Shown piece by piece: positions 9,901-18,434 of a stretch of DNA of 64,000 nt; within the stretch, counting starts at the first letter, position 1; every line of letters starts with the position of its first letter. The notes beneath the pieces are model-generated. The model was not told the DNA's origin, did no database searches, and saw nothing but the letters and a program-made list of their open reading frames with translations. Made by a program: the position numbers and the translations under genes. The stretch is from Spirochaetia bacterium (lineage in GTDB: Bacteria > Spirochaetota > Spirochaetia > SZUA-6 > Bin103): positions 608,001 to 672,000 of the forward strand of contig CBDATQ010000001.1 in the NCBI GenBank assembly GCA_965199955.1, written 5' to 3'.

Positions 9901-10191
9901 ATGGACGTCTTGGTTGCGTATGACATCGCGGATACGGACGGGTTTGGCGCGATCCGTCTGCGACGGATCGCGCAGGTATGTGAGAGATACGGTCAGCGCG
10001 TACAGTTTTCTGTGTTTGAATGTCGGTTGCCTCCCGAGCGTTTGGCGCGGTTGATTGGCGAGGTCCAGGACGTAATCGACGGACATCGTGACTCCGTGCT
10101 TGTCTATCGCTTCCCCGGAAGAATGGCCGACGCCAAGCTCCGCTTCGGCCGAGATGAGGCTCACGAGCTGGGGCAACCCTGGTTGCTCTGA
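9901..10191 (+). CDS. cas2: Cas2
   Basis: VLVAYDI...RLRRIAQVCERYGQRVQFSVFEC...DSVLVYRF. Confidence 0.95.
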   Translation: MDVLVAYDIADTDGFGAIRLRRIAQVCERYGQRVQFSVFECRLPPERLARLIGEVQDVIDGHRDSVLVYRFPGRMADAKLRFGRDEAHELGQPWLL

Positions 10192-10395
10192 CCGGTCTGC
10201 GAACCTCCGGTGATCCGGGGAGGTGCGCACTCAACGGGGTTCGAAAGTCCTATATGGCTACGACTCGCACCGATTTCGGCTGCATGGTTGCATCAAGAGC
10301 GTCGTGAATCGCCTCATATTCGTCAGGACTTGGTCCTCGGTCGAGACCAAACAGCGCACTATCGCCTTCCGAAGCTCACTTTTCCCAGATTAGCA
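10192..10395 (+). promoter_or_regulatory. CRISPR leader
   Basis: Non-coding stretch between cas2 and the first repeat; inverted repeat TGCGAACCTCC (10198-10208) / GGAGGTGCGCA (10219-10229); degenerate repeat is at the opposite array end. Confidence 0.75.
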
Positions 10396-12928
10396 GTGTC
10401 GCCGGAGCTTATGCTCCGGCCTTCGTTGAGCGGCGCCATCGCGCGTCATGGAATGACACCTACCGCGCAGGTGTCGCCGGAGCTTATGCTCCGGCCTTCG
10501 TTGAGCGACTACGGACCTCACCTGGACTATTCGACCCTCGCGTGTGTCGCCGGAGCTTATGCTCCGGCCTTCGTTGAGCGACTACGGACCTCACCTGGAC
10601 TATTCGACCCTCGCGTGTGTCGCCGGAGCTTATGCTCCGGCCTTCGTTGAGCGGCAAGGTCAGTAAGGCCCGTCGAGCTCGAAGAAAGCGAGTGTCGCCG
10701 GAGCTTATGCTCCGGCCTTCGTTGAGCGAGTCTGAGCGCATAGCCGCACTGGCGGAAGAGCGCGACGAAGTGTCGCCGGAGCTTATGCTCCGGCCTTCGT
10801 TGAGCGGATCCGAACTGCATGTGCGACGCATGCTCGCTGAAGGTGTCGCCGGAGCTTATGCTCCGGCCTTCGTTGAGCGCCGTCGGCGTGGACGTGGGCC
10901 AGCGGGTCGACCACACCGCGTGTCGCCGGAGCTTATGCTCCGGCCTTCGTTGAGCGTGCTTGACGCCTCAAGACGCGCCCGCCCAATTGCGCGTGTCGCC
11001 GGAGCTTATGCTCCGGCCTTCGTTGAGCGCCGACCGACAGCCGAGGCATCCTGACCCAGGCCGGTGGTGTGTCGCCGGAGCTTATGCTCCGGCCTTCGTT
11101 GAGCGAACCGGCGCGTATCGCCAGCCGGCAGGCCGTGGCGGCAGCGTGTCGCCGGAGCTTATGCTCCGGCCTTCGTTGAGCGCGCCAATCGAGCGGCCTG
11201 GAGACGCATCCAGGTAGGCGTGTCGCCGGAGCTTATGCTCCGGCCTTCGTTGAGCGACCACCTTTCATGAGCTTGAAAACACGTTAGACGAGTGTCGCCG
11301 GAGCTTATGCTCCGGCCTTCGTTGAGCGGAATCGCGCGCGCGCTTGGCAACGACCCGTTCCTGGATTTCGAGTGTCGCCGGAGCTTATGCTCCGGCCTTC
11401 GTTGAGCGCAGGAACTACAGCAGTAGGAACTACAGCAGCAGGAGTGTGTCGCCGGAGCTTATGCTCCGGCCTTCGTTGAGCGGCCCGGCACCGGCTCATG
11501 TACCCTGGCGGCCATGAGGGTGTCGCCGGAGCTTATGCTCCGGCCTTCGTTGAGCGACGAACGAAACGATCGACCAGTACTTTGCACCTTATGGTGTGTC
11601 GCCGGAGCTTATGCTCCGGCCTTCGTTGAGCGAGCAATTCATCGAAGGAAACAAAGCTGGCTTGGCTGGCTGGTGTCGCCGGAGCTTATGCTCCGGCCTT
11701 CGTTGAGCGGGCTACCCTATGCGCGTCGGGCGGTATGGTTCGGCTCGTGTCGCCGGAGCTTATGCTCCGGCCTTCGTTGAGCGCTCGTCGATTGTGGCTT
11801 GGCGGAGCCGCAGTTCCTGCCCGGCTGGTGTCGCCGGAGCTTATGCTCCGGCCTTCGTTGAGCGCGAGCGCCGATGGCCATCATCTTGAGCTGGTCCATG
11901 CGTGTGTCGCCGGAGCTTATGCTCCGGCCTTCGTTGAGCGTCCATCTCAGTTACCCTGTGTATGAAATCGTATACATCGTCGAGGTGTCGCCGGAGCTTA
12001 TGCTCCGGCCTTCGTTGAGCGGAACCAAGGTCAGGTGAATACTACGTTTACGTGGGCAGGTGTGTCGCCGGAGCTTATGCTCCGGCCTTCGTTGAGCGAC
12101 TGGTGTCGAGCGAGCACGCGTCATGCATGCGGTAGCAGGTGTCGCCGGAGCTTATGCTCCGGCCTTCGTTGAGCGCATCGCCAATATGCCAGCAACACTC
12201 GGCATACATACGCGTGTCGCCGGAGCTTATGCTCCGGCCTTCGTTGAGCGCGGCAAGCCCTCAAGGAGGAGTGGATAGCCAAGGGCCGCTACGTGTGTCG
12301 CCGGAGCTTATGCTCCGGCCGTCGTTGAGCGTGTTCGGAAACGGGGGGGACGCAAGATGGCGAACATGTGTCGCCGGAGCTTATGCTCCGGCCTTCGTTG
12401 AGCGCAGGACAGTGAAAGAACGGTCTGACAGCTCTCGTCGTGCTGGTGTCGCCGGAGCTTATGCTCCGGCCTTCGTTGAGCGATCAGAATCACACGTACA
12501 TTCGCGCCATGGCGGTATCCAAGTGTCGCCGGAGCTTATGCTCCGGCCTTCGTTGAGCGCCGGACACCTTCGCCACCGAAGCCGAAGCCAGGCGCAACGT
12601 GTCGCCGGAGCTTATGCTCCGGCCTTCGTTGAGCGGTTTCGAGCGGCCATGATCGCGAGCATGCGGCTATCCGTGTCGCCGGAGCTTATGCTCCGGCCTT
12701 CGTTGAGCGCACTCGCACTGTTCGCGAACTGCCGCTCCTTCACGTGTCGCCGGAGCTTATGCTCCGGCCTTCGTTGAGCGAGAAACTGGGCACATGTCCG
12801 TGAAGCGCACGTGTGAGTGTCGCCGGAGCTTATGCTCCGGCCTTCGTTGAGCGGTGCTGCACGGCGGCGCGGTGCAGCTTGAGGCCGTCACGTGTCGCCG
12901 GAGCTTATGCTCCGGCCTTCGTTGCGCG
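10396..12928 (+). CRISPR. CRISPR array, 34 repeats / 33 spacers, repeat GTGTCGCCGGAGCTTATGCTCCGGCCTTCGTTGAGCG (37 bp)
   Basis: Counted by eye; 8-bp stem GCCGGAGC-TTAT-GCTCCGGC; repeat 26 has T>G at 12321; last repeat ends GTTGCGCG; spacers 34-44 nt. Confidence 0.98.
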
Positions 12929-13152
12929 GCGGCAGCCCCAGATCTGGGATGCGCATCCAGCTCTCGATGTGAAGCGGGAGTATCAATCCGGTTCCGTCAG
13001 CTTCGATGCCGAAACTCGGCTGATCTGAGGTGATCGCTCGTCGCGAGCCTGTCACGCACGGGCTTCATCCCGGTCAACCGCGATCGGCCGCCGCATCGTC
13101 GCTTGAGGTGCGGCGGATGGCGGGCCGTTCGATGGGTGCGGGCAGGTACGGT

Positions 13153-13693
13153 ATGGCGGAACAACATCGCAACGGCGCCGCACCGGGGGAGATCCAGGAC
13201 GCGGGAGAACAGCCCGCCGATCTCGACCCCCGGAAAGATCTTGGGGCTCAGGTACATCAGGATGAGCGCCGCGGCGAACAATCCGCACGTTGGCGATAGA
13301 TCGACCGTGAGATGCAGGAGACCGCTCGGCGACTGCAGCGGACCTACGAGCTGTTCGTCAGCGAGTGGGACACGTTGATCGAAGCGCTGGCCAAGTGCGA
13401 CCTGATACCACTTTTGAATAGCCGCGGGATCGACGTGGACCACGTGTCCAGACACCACAAGCGGAACTACGGGGGGCGTCGTTGGGACATCGACATCGTC
13501 ACCGTCAACAGCCGCGAGGTGGTGGCCGTTCTCGTGAGAACGACGCTGAAGAGAGACGGTGTCGATGGAGTTTCTGGACATGTTGCGGCACGTCGAAGGG
13601 GTGATGCGAGAGTATGCCGGGCGAGCGTTCTACAGGGCGGTCGCCTACCTGCAAGCTGAGGAGTCCGCCGATGCACAACCGGGCGCTTCTTGA
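13153..13693 (+). pseudogene. Decayed coiled-coil + PD-(D/E)XK-like protein (DUF3782-like)
   Basis: In-frame TAG at 13297, frameshift near 13566; ELFVSEWDTLIEAL...DIDIVTVN..EVVAVLVRTTL...EY.G...Y.AVAYL; expected ExK reads LVR. Confidence 0.6.
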
Positions 13694-13886
13694 CCATCTC
13701 CGGCGCCTTGAAGCCTGTATCGAAGTCGCATATCAGCAGGGTGCCTGCGCTTTGGATGGAAGGTCGGCATCGAAGAGAACTGGCAGAGTTCCCAGGCTAA
13801 ACGACAAAGGGGCTCTGCCAAACCGCTACCCGCTACCCGCAAGCAGGAAGGTAGTCTTACAAGCCCGACTGATCGGGAACGCCAAC

Positions 13887-13936
13887 ATCATACTCGCTGG
13901 CAGCAGCTCGCGTCAAAGCATCACCTGTCGACAGGT
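13887..13936 (-). promoter_or_regulatory. Putative sigma70 promoter TTGACG-N18-TATGAT with upstream 14-bp palindrome
   Basis: -35 at 13916-13911, -10 at 13892-13887, ACCTGTCGACAGGT at 13923-13936. Confidence 0.55.
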
Positions 13937-14021
13937 CTCGGGCGCACGTTTTGGCCAACCGGCGCCCGGCGGCGCTTGGTAGCCGCCGCGAGCACTGCCG
14001 CCACACCGCAGCAACGTCGCA

Positions 14022-15164
14022 CTACCCCAGGATCAGCGTGGAGTCGGCCAGTGCCTCGGCCAGGGGCAGGAGCTCGATGCCGTCTCGATGCTCCCTGCGG
14101 TCGCCGCCGAACAGCAGGACGCACCGTGCCATCGGGTAGTCGATTCGGAACTGCTTGAGGCCATGGAGGTCGGCGCGCCGGATGGTGCGGGTGCGCTTGA
14201 CTTCGATCGCGATCAGGCCGCCGCCGCCGTAGGCGACGAAGTCCACTTCCGTGCCGGACGCGGTGCGCCAGAAGAAGAGATCCAGCTTGAGCGAGCGGTA
14301 GGCGATGGCCGCGCGCAGCTCCTGGTAGACGAGCGTCTCCAGCGCGGAACCGTCGATCTCCTCCGGGCTGTCGAGCGGACCCGTGGGCCTGATCGCGCGG
14401 TAGACGCCGGCGTCGAACAGGAAGAACTTCGAATGGGCGGTCATGCGGCGTTTGGCTCGCTTGGTGAAGACCGGGACTCTGGTCGCGATCAGCAGGTCTT
14501 CCAGCAGGTCGAAGTAGGCGGCAGCCGTCTTGCGGTCCACGCCCACGTCGCGCGCCACCTCGGACACGTTGAGGGGCGCCGCCTGCGAGAAGCTGGCGCT
14601 TTCCAGGAACCGGCTGAACGTGGCCAGGTTGCGGGTGCGTCCTTCTTCGAGCACCTCCTGGCGGAGGTAGTTCTCGACGTACGATGCCAGGTACGAGTCG
14701 GGGTCCGGCTGGGTGTACACCGACGGAAGCTGGCCGTGGACCAGCGCCCGCTCCAACGAGAAGTCGCTGCCGGCTTCGGCCGCCGTCAGCGGGAACAGGT
14801 GACGGGTGCGCGCTCGGCCGCCCAGCAGGTTGACGCCCCGCCGGCGCAGGCTGCGAGCGCTCGACCCGGTCAGGATGAAGCGAAGCCCTGCCGTCTCGAT
14901 CAGCCGGTGGACCTCGTTGAGGACCAGAGGCGTTCGCTGCACTTCGTCGACCACGACCCATCCTTCATGGCCGGGCGGGATCAGGTCCCGCAGCCGTTGC
15001 GGCCGCGCCAGCAGCTCCAGGTACAGGGCATGGTCGAGCAGATCGAGGTGGACCGCATCCGGGAACCGCTGCTCGAGCAATGTGGCCTTGCCGGTCCCGC
15101 GGGGGCCGAACAGGAAGAAGCTCTGGGGGCCGGCGGAGGGGATCTCCAGAGATCTGGGATACAT
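14022..15164 (-). CDS. AAA_14 ATPase with DUF4143 C-terminal domain
   Basis: GPRGTGK, VDEVQR, ILTGSS, KFFLFDAG, FWRT..G.EVDFV...IEVK. Confidence 0.9.
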   Translation of the reverse strand: MYPRSLEIPSAGPQSFFLFGPRGTGKATLLEQRFPDAVHLDLLDHALYLELLARPQRLRDLIPPGHEGWVVVDEVQRTPLVLNEVHRLIETAGLRFILTGSSARSLRRRGVNLLGGRARTRHLFPLTAAEAGSDFSLERALVHGQLPSVYTQPDPDSYLASYVENYLRQEVLEEGRTRNLATFSRFLESASFSQAAPLNVSEVARDVGVDRKTAAAYFDLLEDLLIATRVPVFTKRAKRRMTAHSKFFLFDAGVYRAIRPTGPLDSPEEIDGSALETLVYQELRAAIAYRSLKLDLFFWRTASGTEVDFVAYGGGGLIAIEVKRTRTIRRADLHGLKQFRIDYPMARCVLLFGGDRREHRDGIELLPLAEALADSTLILG

Positions 15165-15165
15165 G

Positions 15166-15192
15166 CTCCCATTTTACGACGTAAAACGGGAG
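15166..15192. promoter_or_regulatory. 27-bp inverted repeat over the promoter/start of the DUF4143 ATPase
   Basis: CTCCC-A-TTTTACG-A-CGTAAAA-C-GGGAG; contains TAAAAT 6 nt before the ATG on the minus strand. Confidence 0.6.
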
Positions 15193-15215
15193 TCACAATC
15201 CCGAAATGACCGCAG

Positions 15216-15450
15216 GTGCTTGCCGATGCCTTCGAGCGTTCCGGGAAGGGCGAAGTGTTGTTCGCGCCGGTGGACGTGGAGTTGACGGCGACCGATGTCG
15301 CCCAGCCGGACTTCGTCGTCGTGCTGTCGGAGCGCGCCTCGATCTTGAAGCCGAGCCGAATTGTCGGGGCTCCTGGCTTGGTGGCGGAGATCGTCTCGCC
15401 CTCGAATCGGGAGCACGACACCGTGCACAAGCTTGAGCTATACGGGTCTA
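15216..15450 (+). pseudogene. Uma2-family endonuclease internal fragment
   Basis: APVDVEL..DVAQPDFVV...GAPGLVAEIVSPSNREHD..HKLELY; both termini missing. Confidence 0.8.
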
Positions 15451-16911
15451 CGGAGCGGGAGACTCGGCCGAGAGAGCGCGTGCCGTTTCGACGATGCGGG
15501 TCCAGGCCGCCTCAACGTGCTCGCGGCGGGTCGCGGGAGAGCCGACCGCCAGGCGGAGCACGAACCGGCCGTCGAGCGCGGTGTGGGTGAGGTAGAGGGC
15601 GCCCGACTCGTTGAGCCGGGTCATCAGGGATTCGTTGAACGCATCGCCCGCGCGGTGGCGGAAGCAGACGAGCCCCACCGACAGGGGCGCGGCCAACTCG
15701 AACTCGGCGCTCTGCTCCACCTGCGCGGCGAACCACTCGGCATGGGCGATGCTCGCGCGGACGTGGGCGCGCAGGCCTTCCGCGCCGTAGTGGCGGATGA
15801 CGAACCAGAGCTTGAGGGCGCGGAAGCGGCGGCCGAGCGGCACGTGCCAGTCGCGGTAGTCGATGACCTTGCCGGAGTCGCTGGCCTGGTTGCGCAGGTA
15901 CTCGGGAAGGACACTCAGGGCGCCGATGAGCGCGGCGCGGCCGGCGACCCAGAAGGCGCTGCAGTCGAAGTTGGTGAGCAGCCACTTGTGCGGGTTGAAG
16001 GTGTAGCTGTCCGCGAGTTCGAGCCCGTCGATGAGGCCGCGGTGCTCGGGGCAGATAGTGGCGCTTCCGGCGTGGGCGGCATCGACGTGCAGCCAGATCC
16101 GCTCGCGGCGGCAGAGGCCGCCGATGGCGCGCACCGGGTCCACGGCGCCGGAGGAGGTCGTGCCGACGGTAGCGCAGACCATCGCCGGGGTCGCACCGGC
16201 GTCGCGGTCCGCGGCGATGGCCGCCTGCAGCGCGTCGACGCGCATGGCGTGGCGGCCGTCGGTGTCGACCAGGCGCAGGTTGTCGCGGCCCAGGCCGGCG
16301 ATCTTCACGGCCTTCTCGATCGAGGAGTGGGCGTGGCGGGAGGTGTAGACGGTCAGCCGCCGGCGCGGTGAGCCGTGGCCGGCGCCATGCTCGTTGACTT
16401 CACCGGCGCTGGCGTGTTCGCGCGCCGCGAGCAGGGCGGTGAGCGTGCTGCTCGACGCGCTGTCCTGGATGACGCCGCCGCCGGCCGTTCTCGACCGGAA
16501 GCGCTCCGGGAGCCCGAGCAGGTCGACCAGCCAGTCGAGCACGTGCGCCTCCAGCTCCGTGCAGGCCGGGCTGGTCGCCCAGAGCATGCCCTGCACGCCG
16601 AGGCCCGAGGAGAGCAGGTCGCCCAGGATCCCCGGGCCGGAGGCGTTGGCCGGGAAGTAGGCGAAGAAGTTCGGCGACTGCCAGTGCGTGATGCCGGGCA
16701 TGACGATGTCGTCGACGTCGCGCAGCACGTCGGCGAAGGGCTCGGCGCGCTCGGGTGCGGTGCGCGGCAGGCGGGCGCGCACCGATCCGGGGGCCGCGCG
16801 CGAGAGGACCGGGTAGTTCTCGATCTCCTCCATGTAGCGGGCGATGCGCTCGATCATCTCGGCGCCGCAGCGCCGGAACTCGTCGGGCGTCATGTGCCCC
16901 GCGTCGTCCAT
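15448..16911 (-). CDS. Aromatic L-amino acid decarboxylase (group II PLP decarboxylase, DDC-like)
   Basis: IVMPGITHWQSPNFFAYFP, WATSPACTELE, WLHVDAA, FNPHKW, DYRDWHVPLGRRFRALKLWFV. Confidence 0.9.
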   Translation of the reverse strand: MDDAGHMTPDEFRRCGAEMIERIARYMEEIENYPVLSRAAPGSVRARLPRTAPERAEPFADVLRDVDDIVMPGITHWQSPNFFAYFPANASGPGILGDLLSSGLGVQGMLWATSPACTELEAHVLDWLVDLLGLPERFRSRTAGGGVIQDSASSSTLTALLAAREHASAGEVNEHGAGHGSPRRRLTVYTSRHAHSSIEKAVKIAGLGRDNLRLVDTDGRHAMRVDALQAAIAADRDAGATPAMVCATVGTTSSGAVDPVRAIGGLCRRERIWLHVDAAHAGSATICPEHRGLIDGLELADSYTFNPHKWLLTNFDCSAFWVAGRAALIGALSVLPEYLRNQASDSGKVIDYRDWHVPLGRRFRALKLWFVIRHYGAEGLRAHVRASIAHAEWFAAQVEQSAEFELAAPLSVGLVCFRHRAGDAFNESLMTRLNESGALYLTHTALDGRFVLRLAVGSPATRREHVEAAWTRIVETARALSAESPAP

Positions 16912-16928
16912 GGAAAGCAGCCCCTTGC

Positions 16929-17129
16929 CTATGCAGGCGTGATGAAGGTCTCTGCGAGGGCGACCACGCAGGAACTGCGGTCGCCGCCGATCTCGTGGTT
17001 GGAGCGGTTCTCCAGCGCGGCGGCACCCTCGGCCAGCCCGTACGCCCGGAAGGTGTCGAGGGTCGTCCGCTGCGGCGTGAAGGTGCTGGTCTCCTGGGTG
17101 TAGGCGACGATCGCCACGCGCGGGTTCAT
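16929..17129 (-). pseudogene. N-terminal fragment of M81/MlrC-family metallopeptidase
   Basis: RVAIVAYTQETSTFTP..TTLDTF matches the MlrC N-terminal HETNTF pattern; only 66 codons. Confidence 0.6.
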
Positions 17130-17175
17130 GTGGTCTCCGCCATGGTACTCACCCGTCCGAGGGCGCGACAGCCGG

Positions 17176-18366
17176 TCAGCCGTCCCCCGCGGCGGCGTCG
17201 GCGCGGCGGCGCTGCTCGGCCGGCTCGGGAAGGAGGGCGAACGCCACGCCGCCGGCCAGGCCCAGCACGCCGACCGCCAGCGCGCTGCCGGCCAGGCTGA
17301 GCACGGCCGCCGCCACGCCGGCGACGGTCGGTCCCAGCACGCTGCCGATGTCGCTGATCAGCCGCCACAGCCCCAGGAATTGCCCGGAGCGGCCCGGAGG
17401 CGCCAGGTCGGCCCCGTAGGTCATGTTGATGCCGCTGCCCAGACCGTTGCCGACTGCGCCGATCAGGCCGACGGCCAGCAGCGCGGCGAACGACTGCGTC
17501 AGCGGCGTGGCTGCCAGCCCCACGGCGAGCAGCAGCGTTGCGGGGGCGGAGGCGAAGCGGCGGCCGAAGCGGTCCATGACCACGCCGGCCGGCAGGAACA
17601 TCACGATCTCCATGCCCGCGGTCAGTCCTGCCACCAAACCGATCTGCACCACGTCGAGGCCGATGTAGGCGGCCCACAGCGGCACTATCACCCGCCTGGA
17701 GGCGCGCAGCACGGACAGCGCGACCATGGCCGCGCCGGCCGTCGTCAGGATGCGCCGGCCGCTGCGCAGCTCCCGCCAGAGGCCGCCGATGGCGCCGCCG
17801 CTCCGGCCGGCCGCCGGGGCGATCCCCTGCGGGGGGAAGGAGGGCATCAGGCGCACCATCAGCGCGGACGCGGCGAGCGCCAGCACGACCGGGACCACGA
17901 AGATCGCCTGCAGGCCGAAGCGGTCGCCGATGAAGCCGCCGGCGATCGGTCCGATCAGGCTGCCGATGCGGGTGACGCCGCCGGTGGTGGCCAGCGCGCG
18001 GCCCCGCAGTTGCGGCGATGCGGCGCGGCTCATCCAGGCCAGGCGCGCCAGCATCCACGCGCCGTGGCAGGCGCCGATGCCCAGCAGCAGCGCCCCGAAC
18101 GCCGGTGCTGCGTCGACCAGGGCGATGCCCGCGCAGCAGCCGGCCAGCGCCACGCCGGCCGAAGCCTGCAGCCGCTTCTCGCCGAAGCGCGCGCACGCCA
18201 GGCCGATCGGCACGGCGATGACCATGCCGCCCAGGCCGTGCAGGGCAAAGGCGGCGCCCGCGCCCGCGAACCCCGCGCCCAACTCCACCGCCAGCAGCGG
18301 GATGAACGGGAAGACCGCGGCGACGCCGGCCGACTCCAGCAGCACCGGCAGGAACACCGGCAGCAT
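17176..18366 (-). CDS. MFS transporter
   Basis: Many TM segments, G...DRFGRR motifs; start approximate. Confidence 0.85.
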   Translation of the reverse strand: MLPVFLPVLLESAGVAAVFPFIPLLAVELGAGFAGAGAAFALHGLGGMVIAVPIGLACARFGEKRLQASAGVALAGCCAGIALVDAAPAFGALLLGIGACHGAWMLARLAWMSRAASPQLRGRALATTGGVTRIGSLIGPIAGGFIGDRFGLQAIFVVPVVLALAASALMVRLMPSFPPQGIAPAAGRSGGAIGGLWRELRSGRRILTTAGAAMVALSVLRASRRVIVPLWAAYIGLDVVQIGLVAGLTAGMEIVMFLPAGVVMDRFGRRFASAPATLLLAVGLAATPLTQSFAALLAVGLIGAVGNGLGSGINMTYGADLAPPGRSGQFLGLWRLISDIGSVLGPTVAGVAAAVLSLAGSALAVGVLGLAGGVAFALLPEPAEQRRRADAAAGDG

Positions 18367-18434
18367 CAGCCCGCGCAGGGTGGCGGAGCCGGGAACGGCT
18401 TGACCGCCGGGAGCGGCCTGCGCGCGGTCGCGGC

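Noticed and set aside
10433..12891. Self-targeting spacers within the window
   Set aside because: Only short GC-rich matches seen by eye (e.g. 12 nt of spacer 33 near 18631); not exhaustive, needs BLASTN
10210..13028. ORFs with repeated VSPELMLRPSLS / LNEGRSISSGDT peptides
   Set aside because: Translations of the CRISPR repeats, not proteins
13698..13750. CTCCGGCGCCTTGAAGC plus small hairpin as a CreA/CreR-like mini-array
   Set aside because: Only loose similarity to the repeat 3' half, no repeat stem, and the putative guide shares just 8 nt (CGACTTCG) with the cas upstream region
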